Source: Bilabrum cf. latius
Lineage: Eukaryota
Direction: 5' to 3'
DNA: 63,069 bases
Assembly: GCA_965178125.1 (NCBI GenBank)
Contig: OZ237752.1
Span: 1,054,001 to 1,117,069, forward strand
The notes below the pieces were generated by a model, which was not told where the DNA came from, searched no databases, and worked only from the letters and a program-made list of their open reading frames with translations. Positions 40,236 through 51,461 of the stretch are shown here, piece by piece; the first letter of the stretch is position 1, and every line of letters starts with the position of its first letter. Position numbers and translations under genes: made by a program.

Positions 40236-42151
40236 TTAGCCAGGGCGGCCAGCTTGCACGCGCCTTCCCCTCCCAGCTCCCAGCTGCGGCCCGCTCCCAG
40301 CTCCCCGCGCGAACCCCAGCCCGGGGTCGCCGCCCCCTTGGTACTGCTACTAGCCCACGGTGCGACCCTTAGCGCCGCTGCTTGCCCTTGGGGCAGATGC
40401 CCTCGACCCACCACCCGCTCCGCCGACCACCATGGGATTGGCCCCGGCAAACTCCTGCGCGGGAGACCCGCCTCGCCTCGTCTGCGGCAGCGAGCTGGGG
40501 CCGTGCCTGACCCTGCCGTTCGCCATCGCCCCGGCACCTTGTCCGTTCTACTCGAACGGTCGCCTGGCGTGCGGCAGCTCCAGCTCAGCAGGAGGCGATG
40601 CAGCAGCTGCGAGCGCAAGCGGAGACATGTGAGCCTGTCGCTGCGAAGGGAGTCTCTTGTCTCCCTGTCCCCGTGGCCTGCTCTTGCTCCTGCTCCTGCC
40701 CCGCCCCTTGACTCGAGGGCTAGGTGGGGGCGTGCTCACGATGCTCACATCCAGGCCGTCGGGGCCCACGGCTCGACGGACTATCTCTAGGGGCTCAGGC
40801 GCATCGGGGCTGCTGCCCCACCCCGCCTGGACCCGCCCTTCCCCAGAGCTGGTGCCAGTCCCCGCCTCCCCCAGCTCACCGGCCTCTTCCTCTCGCACTG
40901 CCGACAGCTTGCCCCTCACCGGGCCGAGCCCACCCTCCTCGCTGCCCTAGTCCTGGCCAGTATACGCAGTGCGCTACGCCCCCGTCCTACCAGATGCCCC
41001 CCGCCCGCCATGCGCTGCACCTGCCTTACCACTCCTGGCCCCCCGACCCCCTGCCTCCTCCCACTCTTCGTGCTGCAGCCGCTACTTGCGCACGAAGCGC
41101 GCAGGCAACTTATCCAGCCTATCCTTCTTCTCCTAACCGTCCCGCGTGATAACGGCCCGCAATCTGTCGAACTCCAGCAGCTCTCGATCGACCAGCCACG
41201 AGCTGATGCACAGCGCCAGCGCAAGAGCCAGCCGACTGCCACCGACCAGGTAGGGCGCCACCCAGTCGCTGGGAGTCGCCAGCCAGCTGGCCGTGTGGAA
41301 TCCGGCAGCCAGTAGCAGGGCGCCCCATAGAGTTATGCTCGTGTTGACGATTTCAATAGCCACATTGGTGCCATAGGACCACAAGGCTGCGCCCACGTAG
41401 AGCATGAGCGAGCAGTGCAGCAGCTCGGGGACAAGGTCCGCGAAGTCATCCAGGGTGAAGGGCGCCCGCTGGAATACTTCCTTGTAAGGTAATCTACCAG
41501 AGAGAAAGCGGTCTGCCCTTGTCGGCTCGTCAGGCTCCCGAATGGCCGGAGCATTCGCCACGAGGGCGAGCATGGCCAGCAGCGCGCAGATGATCCACAC
41601 GCTGTACCTGGAAAAATGGTCCCACCAAGAGGAATTTCTCCTGTGCTAATCCTGCAGGGTAATATAGAAAAAGATAAAACAGCATACCGGCGGGGTGTAT
41701 CACAGTGTTGAGTCGTATAGCCGCAGGTTAAGCTGGTTGGCTGACTCACTCTAAACCGGATTATGCAGCAGAACTTCTTCGCCTACCACTTGTGCACTTC
41801 GTATGCTATTTCAAAGGCGCAAATTAATGTCAGGGGCACCACGAGGGACGCAATGAAGAAGCGCCCCATGCGGAATCCAGCCAGAGCAGCGGGACTGCCG
41901 GTAGCCCCGTCCTCTAAGACCTCTGCATCCAGCCCAATAATCAAAAACTCAAAGGCTAGGAACAGCAATAGTATCGGCATCAATACGAAGCCAGCATTTG
42001 CTGCACGCTTGCAAGTTATGAATATTTGACCAACGAATGCAACGAGAGCAACCGACATGTAGACAAAAAATGGCCAGGCTGTCGCGCTTGCATAAAGCAG
42101 CTCCTATGTGGCATTGCTGGGTGATGAGCTACTGGAACTATTCGCGTCCAT
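40236..42151 (-). CDS. Multi-pass membrane protein of unknown function with low-complexity C-terminal tail
   Basis: ATG 42151; several hydrophobic helices; intron 41652-41749 (GTGAGT..CTGCAG) restores the frame; many in-frame TAGs; ends TAA-TAA-TGA at 40238-40230. Confidence 0.7.
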
Positions 42152-42420
42152 TCACCACCCGATTGCCTACCTGATCGCAGGCAGATACAGCCACGAGGGG
42201 AAGCCATTCCGCGGTTGTAACCAGCAGATGTCAATACAAAACCACACGGTACAACGTTGCATTCCGATCCTTCGACCAGTACCGTCGCTGCGCATATTTT
42301 GTGGATATTGCGTAAGTAAAGCAGGACCGTTCATCGTACCAGTTAAATTGCCCTCTGTTTATGTTTAAGTTAATCCAATGACTGCGCCATTTCGTGTACG
42401 CACTTGTATTTCGCAGTGAT

Positions 42421-43461
42421 ATGGCGGCCGCCGGTGGAGCTACTGAGCATGTTACCTTGAAGGCAACCCTGTCCGGCCACGGTGACTGGGTTACCGCAGT
42501 GGCAGCTGCCCCTTTCGTAGATGAGGGAGCTGAGCAGCCGCCTTCTTTCATGACGGCTTCCCGCGACAAGACTGTGATCGTGTGGAACGTGGATGAGGAG
42601 GACCCCGAGTACGCCACTCCCGTGCGCCGCCTTCGCGGCCACTCCCACTTCGTGCAGGACCTGACCTACTCCGGTCTGGGCATGCACGCCCTGACTGCTT
42701 CCTGGGACGGAACCATGCGCCTGTGGGACCTGAAGACTGGCAACTCCATGACTACCTTCGTGGGCCACACCAAGGACGTGCTGTCCGTGGCTTTCAACCA
42801 CAGCAACACCAAGATCATCTCTGGCTCCCGGGACAAGGGCATGAAGCTGTGGAACATCAACGGCGAGGTGAAGATGGACGTGTCCGAGGGCGGCCACACC
42901 GACTGGGTGTCTTGCGTGCGCTTCTCCCCCCCCAACGCCGACCGGATGGCGCCCAAGACCGACGAGCTCGTGTCTGCCGGATGGGACAAGAAGCTCAAGG
43001 TGTGGACCCTTAAGGAGGGCGAGTGCTTCCGCCGCCTCGAGATGGCCGGCCACGAGGCCCAGATCAACACCGTGACCATCTCCCCCGACGCCGGCGTGTG
43101 CGCCAGCGGCGGCCGGGACGGCCTCGTGATCGTGTGGGACCTGGTGGAGGGCAAGGAGCTGTACCGGATCGAGCCCGGCTGCCCCGTGCACCAGCTGGTG
43201 TTCTCCCCCACCCGCTTCTGGCTGTGCGCCGCCACCCAGAACGACATCACCATCTGGGATGTGGAGCACAACACCGTGGTGGCCACGCTGGTCCCCGAGA
43301 CGGAGGACGTGGAGGAGGGCGAGGAGGCCGCCGTTGTGTCCAAGAAGGCACTGAAGCCATACTGCACCTCGCTGGCGTGGTCGCACGACGGCAACACGCT
43401 CTTCTCCGGGTACACGGACAACAAGGTGCGCGTGTGGAACGTGTCCTCCACGACCGCCTGA
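42421..43461 (+). CDS. RACK1: RACK1 (G-protein beta-like WD40 ribosomal protein)
   Basis: Motifs LSGHGDWVT, TASRDKT, LRGHSHFVQD, SWDGTMRLWDL, FVGHTKDVLSVAF, GHTDWVSCVRFSP, FSPTRFWLCAA, LFSGYTD. TGA stop; no TAG. Confidence 0.97.
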   Translation: MAAAGGATEHVTLKATLSGHGDWVTAVAAAPFVDEGAEQPPSFMTASRDKTVIVWNVDEEDPEYATPVRRLRGHSHFVQDLTYSGLGMHALTASWDGTMRLWDLKTGNSMTTFVGHTKDVLSVAFNHSNTKIISGSRDKGMKLWNINGEVKMDVSEGGHTDWVSCVRFSPPNADRMAPKTDELVSAGWDKKLKVWTLKEGECFRRLEMAGHEAQINTVTISPDAGVCASGGRDGLVIVWDLVEGKELYRIEPGCPVHQLVFSPTRFWLCAATQNDITIWDVEHNTVVATLVPETEDVEEGEEAAVVSKKALKPYCTSLAWSHDGNTLFSGYTDNKVRVWNVSSTTA

Positions 43462-43984
43462 GTCGTGTGAGCTTGCAGCAAGCAGGGAACGGGGAGGGCA
43501 CTGGTGTGAACTTGTGCTCGCCCAGGGATGCAACTCGGTTGCATCCTGTTTCTACAAAACATAATTGCGGCACAGCCCGGGGTTGGGCTGCTCGGTTTTC
43601 CGGTCGCCTCACTCATTCGTGGGGCTCTGGCTCGACGACCGAAGCACGCCCGGCCTCCGTTGGCGGGTATGTTCGGCCCTCTGGCGTGGGTTGCTGATGA
43701 TGGAGGAAAGGTAGGCGGGCTGGTTAGGCAGCGGGACCACGAGGGAGGGACGGCGCGGGACCGCCTGGCTGATGCCAGCACGCCGCGCAACGCAACGGAG
43801 ATTGATTGCTAGTTTGTAATACAGTCTCATCGAAGCGATTTCGTCCAGACGTAGCACACGTTATAGTACACGCAACACGACAACAATCTTAGCAATCGAG
43901 ACGGGGTTCCGCACCAGATTCGGAGCGGCCATGGATCGGCGACTGAGCAGGACTCTATCCTACCATATTACGTCGTACATACGA

Positions 43985-46039
43985 ATGCCAGGTACTAAGC
44001 GGCCGCGATAGGTGGTAACAGAATCAAATTACCCAGGTTCCAGCGCAAAGTCAACAGGGAAGAGTTCATACAGAGCAGTCAGCAGTCGTAGCCCAGTTCG
44101 AGTTTCACTTGAACGCCTGCGGCCAAGTTTCGTGCCTAAATGTCTTCCATGCCGATCGTCAGAGGCAACACTGCTAGTACGAGCCTTAAGTACATCTCTG
44201 ACGGAGCAGAAACCAGTGCGAGTGCTGGTATGCGGCTCGCCTGGCACTGGCAAATCTGCAGTGGTGGTTAGTGCTAGCATACTTGTGTAATGTGAAGCTC
44301 CACTTCTAGACTGATCGTGAGCGTGAATAGTCTTTATTTTGCTTTCATTTTGTTCGCAGGCAAGGGTTCTGCAGAGTCTTCATAGGAAGTTCGGCCAACA
44401 TGCAAAAATCATGCAGCTTCAAGCGGCAGCACTACGAACCCCTGGGGCGATATTTCCTGAGCTGTTAACGAAATTGGTGGAGTGTGGGGCAATATCTAAA
44501 ACCAAAGCAGCGGAGGCACCCCAACAGAGTAACCGAGCCCGCTACACCGGCTTCTTAAGATAGTGTTTGGAGCGCCGCGGCCGCAAAGAGCGTTCAGCAC
44601 AGGTTGTGCTGGTAGTCGACGAAATTGATGCATTGCAACAGCGTCGGGGTCTCACAGCCGGTGCTCGAGCGCTTTCATCGCCTGGCGCCTCCCCGTCGAG
44701 TAGTCAGCACGGCACCGCGGACAAGGGATCGGGTGGGGCTGCCGGCAAAGCTCCGTTGGAGCAGCTGCTTGCCCTGTGCGAGGCCAAGGGCTCCCGGCTG
44801 TCTCTGGTGGGGCTGGCCAACCACGTGGATCTAGTGTCCAGGTTCAGCTCGGAGGCACCCAGTGGACGCCGATCATGCTCCAGCTGCAAGTCGAGCGCGA
44901 TCGTGTTTCGGCCCTACTCTGCAGCTCAGCTGGAGGCCGTGCTGCAGGCGAGGCTCTCCGTGGACGGGACCTGTGTCTTGGAGGCGGGTGCTCTGCGGAG
45001 GGTTGCCGCTGCGGTTGCCAAGCAGAGCGGTGACCTGCGGCGGGGCCTCGGCCTGTGCCGCAGCATATGCGAGATGTGGCTGAGGCAAGGCCCCGGAGCG
45101 GGGGCGGGAGCGGGGGCTGCCGGGGATCTGGGTGTGGGTGACAGACGGGCCAAGCGTGTCCGGGCGCTGCATGCAGCGGGAGGCGCAGAGCAGGGGCTAT
45201 CTTCACAACCTTCCTCATGCTTGTGTTCCTCTTCTGGCACTGGCAGGATGGAGGACTCAACCAGTAGGATTGATGACTCGTTCGTGGCCCATGCCCTCCG
45301 ACAGGTGTCTGCCAGCGAGCACGCCACCGGGGTGAAGGAGCTGCTGCAGCTCCCCGTGCAAGCCATGCTGCTCGCGGTGGCGGCATGCAGGTGTGCGGGT
45401 CTGCTGCGTCGAAAGGATCTAGAGACCAGAATGGCCAGCGCTAGTGATGGTGCTGGCTCTGGCGCCATCGCAAGGGCAACCGAGGCCAGCTCGGGGTCTG
45501 GGAGGGGGGGCACAGCGAGCTCTGACAGTGGGAATGAGAGCGACGGGATTGGTTCGCTGCTCGATTCCGATTCCGGATCAGATTCGGAGGACGAGGATGA
45601 GGCCAAGACGCCGCTCCCAGCGGGAAGAAGCTCGCGTGCTAGAGCCGGTGCTGGGGCCAGGGCAGGAGCAGCTGAGTCCGGTGCCATGGCCCGCCCTATC
45701 CGAGTAAGGGACCTGCGGCGCGTGCATTCTCGGGTGTGCACTCGATTTCTCTTGTCCCCTGTGGCGCGGTCCGAGTTCCCCGACCTCCTGTCTCGGCTCG
45801 GGGAGGCGGGAGTGCTCCGCGTGCAGAGCCGGGTCGAGCGGGCTGCGAGCAGTCGCGGAGGCAAGGAGACACGGGGTATGGCCAGCTCAGGCAGCTGGTT
45901 GCACGGTCCAAGTGGGGCCACGGGAGGCGGCTGGACGGATTCGCGGGGGCTGGTGGTGCTGCTGTCGCGCACTGCCGCCCGGCAGCTCGCCAAGAGAGCG
46001 CCTGCAGTTGTGCGGACTGGGGCCGGGGTGTCGAGATGA
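43985..46039 (+). CDS. CDC6: Cdc6/Orc1-family AAA+ replication initiation protein (Cdc6-like)
   Basis: Motifs LPCRSSE, CGSPGTGKS (Walker A), VLVVDEID (Walker B), LVGLAN..DL, FRPYSAAQL, SGDLRRGL, and a winged-helix-like C-terminus. Intron 44267-44359; TAGs at 44009 and 44561; TGA stop. Confidence 0.8.
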
Positions 46040-46183
46040 CCGTGGTTGTAAGCACGCATATCAAGTGCCTGTGTATTCTAACTCTAGTTGTCTGTTTGGC
46101 AATCGGAGAGAACACTACAGCTTTAAGACTACTGGCACTATTTACCACCCGGATCATCTACGCTTGCACTAGGACCGCCAGGA

Positions 46184-46681
46184 TCATGGAATGCTCTTGA
46201 TCTCCACGCTTTTTGTAGCTTCAATCGCCTTGGACAACAAACTTTTTTCGGACAGGAGTTCTGTCGTCTCGCCGTCAGCTCCATCCACGTGGATCCTTGC
46301 AACTGCTCCCGGAAGCAGGCTCTCCATCGCGCCCCCATGCATCGACACCCTGCCTTTCTTCATGGCGGGGCATTTGGATCCAGTCCAAGTAATAGCGATA
46401 AACCTATTCTTTCCGCTTGAGTCAAGACATCCCTTCATCGCGTAGTAAACTTTGTCTTCTTTCTCCGATAGCAACTTTGCAAGGCCTGCGAGACCATCAC
46501 TCCCGCTCGATTGCAGCTTTACTTTCGACTTGGTGGCATAGCACACGGTGCACCAAGATAGACCGGTTGAGTCTTCACGGATCGCAGCGATAGCCTCCTC
46601 AAGTGCAGATGCATCCGAGACTTGAAGGCCGCTTTCGGTTTTCCTTGTGTAAAGGGCTTTCGCCTGTCCAACCATCGCCAT
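46184..46681 (-). CDS. ADF-H domain actin-binding protein (coactosin-like)
   Basis: Motifs AIRED....SW....Y, SGSDGLAGL, RFIAITWTG..CPAMKKGRVSMH. TGA stop. Confidence 0.8.
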   Translation of the reverse strand: MAMVGQAKALYTRKTESGLQVSDASALEEAIAAIREDSTGLSWCTVCYATKSKVKLQSSGSDGLAGLAKLLSEKEDKVYYAMKGCLDSSGKNRFIAITWTGSKCPAMKKGRVSMHGGAMESLLPGAVARIHVDGADGETTELLSEKSLLSKAIEATKSVEIKSIP

Positions 46682-47220
46682 ACTGATAATACCAAGAAGT
46701 ACTAGCTCGAATGGCTGCCTGATATGGACAGCCTGCCTATCAACAGCGGATCCAGCTGTCTTCCGTATTATAGTTCCGGTTTATATGCCTCGCAAAAGAA
46801 GCCGAATCGTGGAAGCAATCATAGCGCATTTTTTTGCCAGTCAAATAAGCTAGTTCATCATTGGAATGGCGGCAGTATCAGCAGCAACAGGATCAGGGGG
46901 CTCGGGCCTTTATGAAGAGATGGCACGGTGAGAAATGCGAGATTGATGCGACTGTTCCTACCAGTTGTCTGTGGTGAAGCCTGCATGTCAGTGCGCTTTC
47001 ATCCGGCTACTAGACGTCTTAGCTCCTACCAAACAAGTGCTTTGCAAGAAAACTGTCGATTACGCTGTGAACAGTTCCTACCAGCTGGACTTGTTTGCCT
47101 GAGGTTGTGGGGTACCACCCAATGCCGCAGTTCCTGGGCCTCTGTAGCCTCCTGAGCCGTCACCCGACAGAGTATGCCCCGCTTCATTGCACTATTTGTT
47201 TAATCATAATTGCATCGCAG

Positions 47221-48727
47221 TCGAGCTAGATTGGCTTCGGTGCAGATGTCGACAGCGACATCTGAGGCCAAGAACCAGGCACTAGCTAAAGTGATCGATG
47301 CTCTTGGAAAGCAGAAAGACGCGATTCTGAAGGGAAATGATGAGGATTGTACGAAAGCGAAAGAAGCTGACTTGCCTTTCGCCTTGCAGAAGCGTTTGTC
47401 GCTCCGCGGCGGCAAATTCGAGGGCGTTTTGGAAGGACTAGGCGATCTGCAGAAGCTGGAAGACCCCGCTGGTAAGGTGACTCTCGCGCGGCGACTTGCT
47501 GCCGATGGTCCAGTCTTACTGCGAGTGACTGCGCCAATCGGGGTGATCTTGGTCGTGTTTGAGTCTCGCCCGGACGCCGCCGTGCAGATCGCGAGCCTGT
47601 GCATCAAGTCGGGAAACGCCGTCATCCTCAAAGGGGGCAAGGAGGCAACCAAGTCAAATGCGGCTCTCGTGAAGGCCATCCGGTCTGGCCTGGAGGAGGC
47701 CGGGCTGCCAGCTGATGCGGTTCAGTTCGTGGACTCTCGGGAGGCCGTGAGCGCGCTGCTGTAGCTAGACGAGCACATCGACCTCGTCATCCCCCGGGGG
47801 TCCAACGCGCTGGTCAAAGCCGTGCAGTCCCAGACCAGAATTCCCGTCCTAGGGCACGCGGACGGCATCTGCAGCATGTATCTGCACGAGGATGCGGTCC
47901 CGGACAAGGCCGCCAGGCTGGTGGTGGACAGCAAGACTCAGTACGTCGCGGCCTGCAACGCGTGCGAGACGCTGCTGGTGAACAGGAAGGTCGCGGGGAC
48001 GTTGCTTCTGACGGTCGGCGAGGCGCTGCTTAAGGCTGGGGTGCGGTTGCACGCGTGTCCGGAGAGCTTGGGGCCGCTGAGGGCGGCGCGAGAGAAGGTG
48101 GTGTCGGAGGCAGGGGGCGAGGGGGAGGGCAAGGGCAAGGGCGAAGGAGAAGGCGGCAGCGGGGAGGTGCCCTCAGTGGAGCCCGCCGGTGAGTCTGATT
48201 TCGACACTGAGTGGCTGTCCATGTGCCTGTCCGTCAAGGTGGTGGAGGGCACGGACGAGGCAGTGGCGCACATCAACGAGCACGGGAGCGGGCACACGGA
48301 CTGCATCGTGTGCGAGGACAAGGCCACGGCCAGCTACTTCCTCGCGCGGGTGCTCAGTGCTGCCTGCTTCCACAACGCGAGCACCAGATTCTGCGACGGG
48401 TTCCGGTTTGGGTTCGGCGCGGAGAGCGGCATCTCCACGAGTAAGGTGCATGCCCGCGGTCCCGTGGGGCTCGAGGGGCTCTGTCTGTACAAGTACAAGC
48501 TCCTGGGAGACGGGATGGACCCGGGGTCCGTCACAGGGGCTGTCGCCAAAGAGGTGGCAGCAGCAGGCTCCGGCAAGGCGGGAGCCTCGGGGGCGGGCGG
48601 CAGCACCGGCGGGGTGCACGCGGTGGCGGACTTTGGCACCACGCGTGAGTTCAACCACAAAGATCTAGACGGAGTGGCACACGGCGCATCTGAGGCAGAC
48701 GTGCTGCATCGCCTGGGGTATTGCTGA
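47221..48727 (+). CDS. proA: Gamma-glutamyl phosphate reductase (ProA/Pro2); a short upstream exon is likely
   Basis: Motifs APIGVILVVFESRPDA, KSGNAVILKGGKEA, LLXLDEHIDLVIPRGS (TAG at 47762), PVLGHADGIC, AACNACETLLV, HINEHGSGHTD, NASTRFCDG.RFGFGAE.GIST.KVHARGPVGLEGL. TGA stop. Confidence 0.95.
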
Positions 48728-48894
48728 TTGGTTTGCTGTGGTGCTTGTAAAGGAAAACAAAAAAATACACAGGCATTATCACATGAAAGCTGCAAATTGT
48801 GTTCTTGTCATCGCAAGCATTGCGCTCCCCTACGACTATAATCTACCAGTAAGCTGCCACCCGCACAGCCACGCAGTGCAGCGCTAGTGCAGGT

Positions 48895-51040
48895 TCATTC
48901 GCGGGACCCGTGCCCACTGCTCCACTTGTTGCCGGTCCTGGCCATGGACAGCTGGCTCTCCCGGGCCATCATGGTTGGAGTCGCCCCATCGTCCTCGGCG
49001 AGAGAGGCGGTGGTGTCTCTCACCACAAATCGAGTGGTGGCTCTCCTGAGCTCGTCATCCTCCTGCCGAGTCATGGCGAAGGGCCCGGGGGCAGGGACGG
49101 GGCCCGCGTGCCTCCCTCCAAACATCTCGTCCAGCTCGTGCCCAGAGGCCGTGTTCCACCCCGCGCCCGCGTCCTACCCGGAGGCCCCCCACGCAGACCG
49201 ACTGCCGCTGCGGCTGGCCTCTGTCCCGAAAGTCCCCCGACTTGGAAGTCTCGTTAATGCCTATTTCCTCTCCACCCCTCGTCCGAGCGCGTGCGTGCTG
49301 CGGGTAGAGTCCCCCGCGTGCCCTTCCTCCATGGCCGTGCCGGGGTGCACCTTAACCTTGATCCGGTGGGACCGAGCCCGCCGGTGCGCCCTGCTGGGCG
49401 CCGGGGTCTTCTTGGCTGGCCTAGCCTCCTGCTTCTTGTCATCCCCGTCATCAAGGACGGGCTTCCCCTCGATCTCGATGTCGTCGTCGTGCTTCTTGAC
49501 AGGGTGCGGCTACCATCGCCTCAGGTAGTCGCTGATGGCCCACATGAGTTCCCAGGTGGCCCTTGTCGTGGCGGGAGGGGGCAGCGCGAAGCCAAACCCT
49601 TCCTACTCGTCGACAACCCGCCCCAGATGGGTCCTGGTCCGGTGCATGTCGTCATCGGTGTCGTCCGTGTGGCCCTTGACCTGCTCCCCACAGATCCACT
49701 ACTGCACCCACCAGACCATGCGCACCACCAAGGCGAGCCCAAGCAGCGCCAGAGAGCACAGCATCACCACGAGCAGCTGCCCGTTGGCATTCCTGGACAC
49801 CTGCGGCGCCAGGTTCCCCCCGAACCACTGTTCCTCCATCCGCCTGTACTCTTCTGTCTTCCACGTCTTCAGGATAGCCCGGTTGATGACCTCCTTAAGC
49901 CACGAGGGGGCAGTCGGTCCCACCGCGATGCCGTACTTCTGCTCGTCGAAGACAGGTCCGACCACGCCGTAGGCCCCCCCGCCCCCGCTGGTCTGCGTCA
50001 CGAAGTACTGGAGGACGGGGAAGTCGTATACAACCGCGTCTCCGGCCCCGCCCGCAAACGCATCCAGAGCATCGGGGACAGTGTCGTATCCCTCGATGTC
50101 CAGGCCCTGGCCGTACCTGCGCACGTACGCCTCTGCGGTGGACCCCACGGGCACGTTGACCGTTTTCCCGTCCAGGTCGCCAAATCCCTCGATCCTAGAC
50201 ACAGGCGCCTCCTGCAGCATGTAGACCGTGACTAGAGCCGTTACCACGATGGTCAGCAGGGGACCGAGGATCTTGAATATCAGGATGGCTGGCTTGACCA
50301 GCATTCCCTGGGGTTCGACGGCCTGCTGGCCGAAAAGAGCCCAGAGCGCGATATACATTGCAGTCTCGAACTTTACCCATGTGCTGCCATGCTCGGGCCA
50401 GGCCTTCACTGGTCCCGGGAACATCTCCTCCAGGGGGACAAGGATCAGACCTCCAGCAATCGCACAAACTACAATAACACCTACAAACAGTCCAACAGCT
50501 TGCCCTAGCGTGCTGAACAGCGCGATTGATACCGAAAGTAGGTCAGTCTGTTCTCGAGCTAGCACGCGGTAGCCGCTTAGGAACCACGAGTGGCTGAAGT
50601 CCAGGTTGAACGTGCTCTCGCGAGAAGTCGTCATTGTAATGGCTGTGTGGCTGATGTCAACTTCTCCTAGGCCAGCACCTCTTAGCATTTCCACGGTGGT
50701 AGGATATTCGGTGATATTTAGGCAGTCTTAGCATTTCCACGGTGGTAGGATATTCGGTGATATTTAGGCAGCTGAAGTTGATCGGGTCCTCCAAAGGTAT
50801 AGCAATCTCGTCGTCGTCTCTTGCCTCAACGATGGAAGCGACCTCTTGTATTGCAGCTGGTACTATCATTTCGGCCCAGTACTGCATAGCAAACCCGGTG
50901 TACGGCGCGGTGAGCTCAATCGAAAGCGCAGCTTCAGCATCCGGCGTACCGCTCATGGTGAATGGAGGTGTTTGTTTTACTCCCATTCGGATGCAGGATG
51001 CATGCGCTAAACAAACAGGCGCGTAGCAGAGCATGGCCAT
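48895..51040 (-). CDS. Ionotropic glutamate receptor-like channel (S1-M1-P-M3-S2-M4), frameshifted near the 5' end by a 46-bp duplication; possibly a pseudogene or an assembly error
   Basis: Motifs GVKQTPPF, GEVDI...ITMT..RE...DFSHSW, DLDGKTV....GSTAE, DAVVYDFPVLQY, YGIAV, and a terminal TM helix. Continues through TAGs (49699 and others) to TGA 48895. 5' exon structure is uncertain. Confidence 0.75.
50680..50771. repeat. Perfect 46-bp tandem duplication inside the glutamate-receptor-like CDS
   Basis: TCTTAGCATTTCCACGGTGGTAGGATATTCGGTGATATTTAGGCAG occurs at 50680-50725 and 50726-50771. Confidence 0.95.
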
Positions 51041-51461
51041 TTCCAATACATGACACCTGGACGCCGTTCTGTGACAGAGGGAGGAAGAAAGTACAGTTGC
51101 GAACGCACATCATGATCTACCTAATTCTGAGATAGTCCAATTCGGTACCTGTCTAACTTGTGATTTGTTGTCGTCATTTTGTCGTCAGGTTCAGGCAATC
51201 GCCAACAAATTCGCCTCGAATCGCTGTGATATCGCTGTGATCCTGCCTCGACAGTTCATCGCAGGCGTTGTCCAGCGCGATGTGCAGTTGGTCGCAATCG
51301 AGGTACATTACGTCCTTTTGATCGTAAACGTCACGGCAATGGTTGCAGAGATGTATTTTGCTAGTTCATTCGATAGTTTCGATGAAATTTGGCTGATTGA
51401 TGCCATCACGACCCCATCCAGGCAGCACAACAGGCAGTTGCCCATCGCACGGAGCAACACA

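Noticed and set aside
1-51040. TAGs explained as pseudogenisation, pyrrolysine or sequencing error
   Set aside because: Only TAG interrupts frames (never TAA/TGA), with just one frameshift seen. Many unrelated essential genes are affected, often next to Gln codons. Pyrrolysine is not known in eukaryotes and no pyl genes are present.
51165-51460. Possible gene fragment on either strand next to the 46-bp array
   Set aside because: No recognisable motif, and the minus-strand frame contains an internal TGA; cannot be supported.
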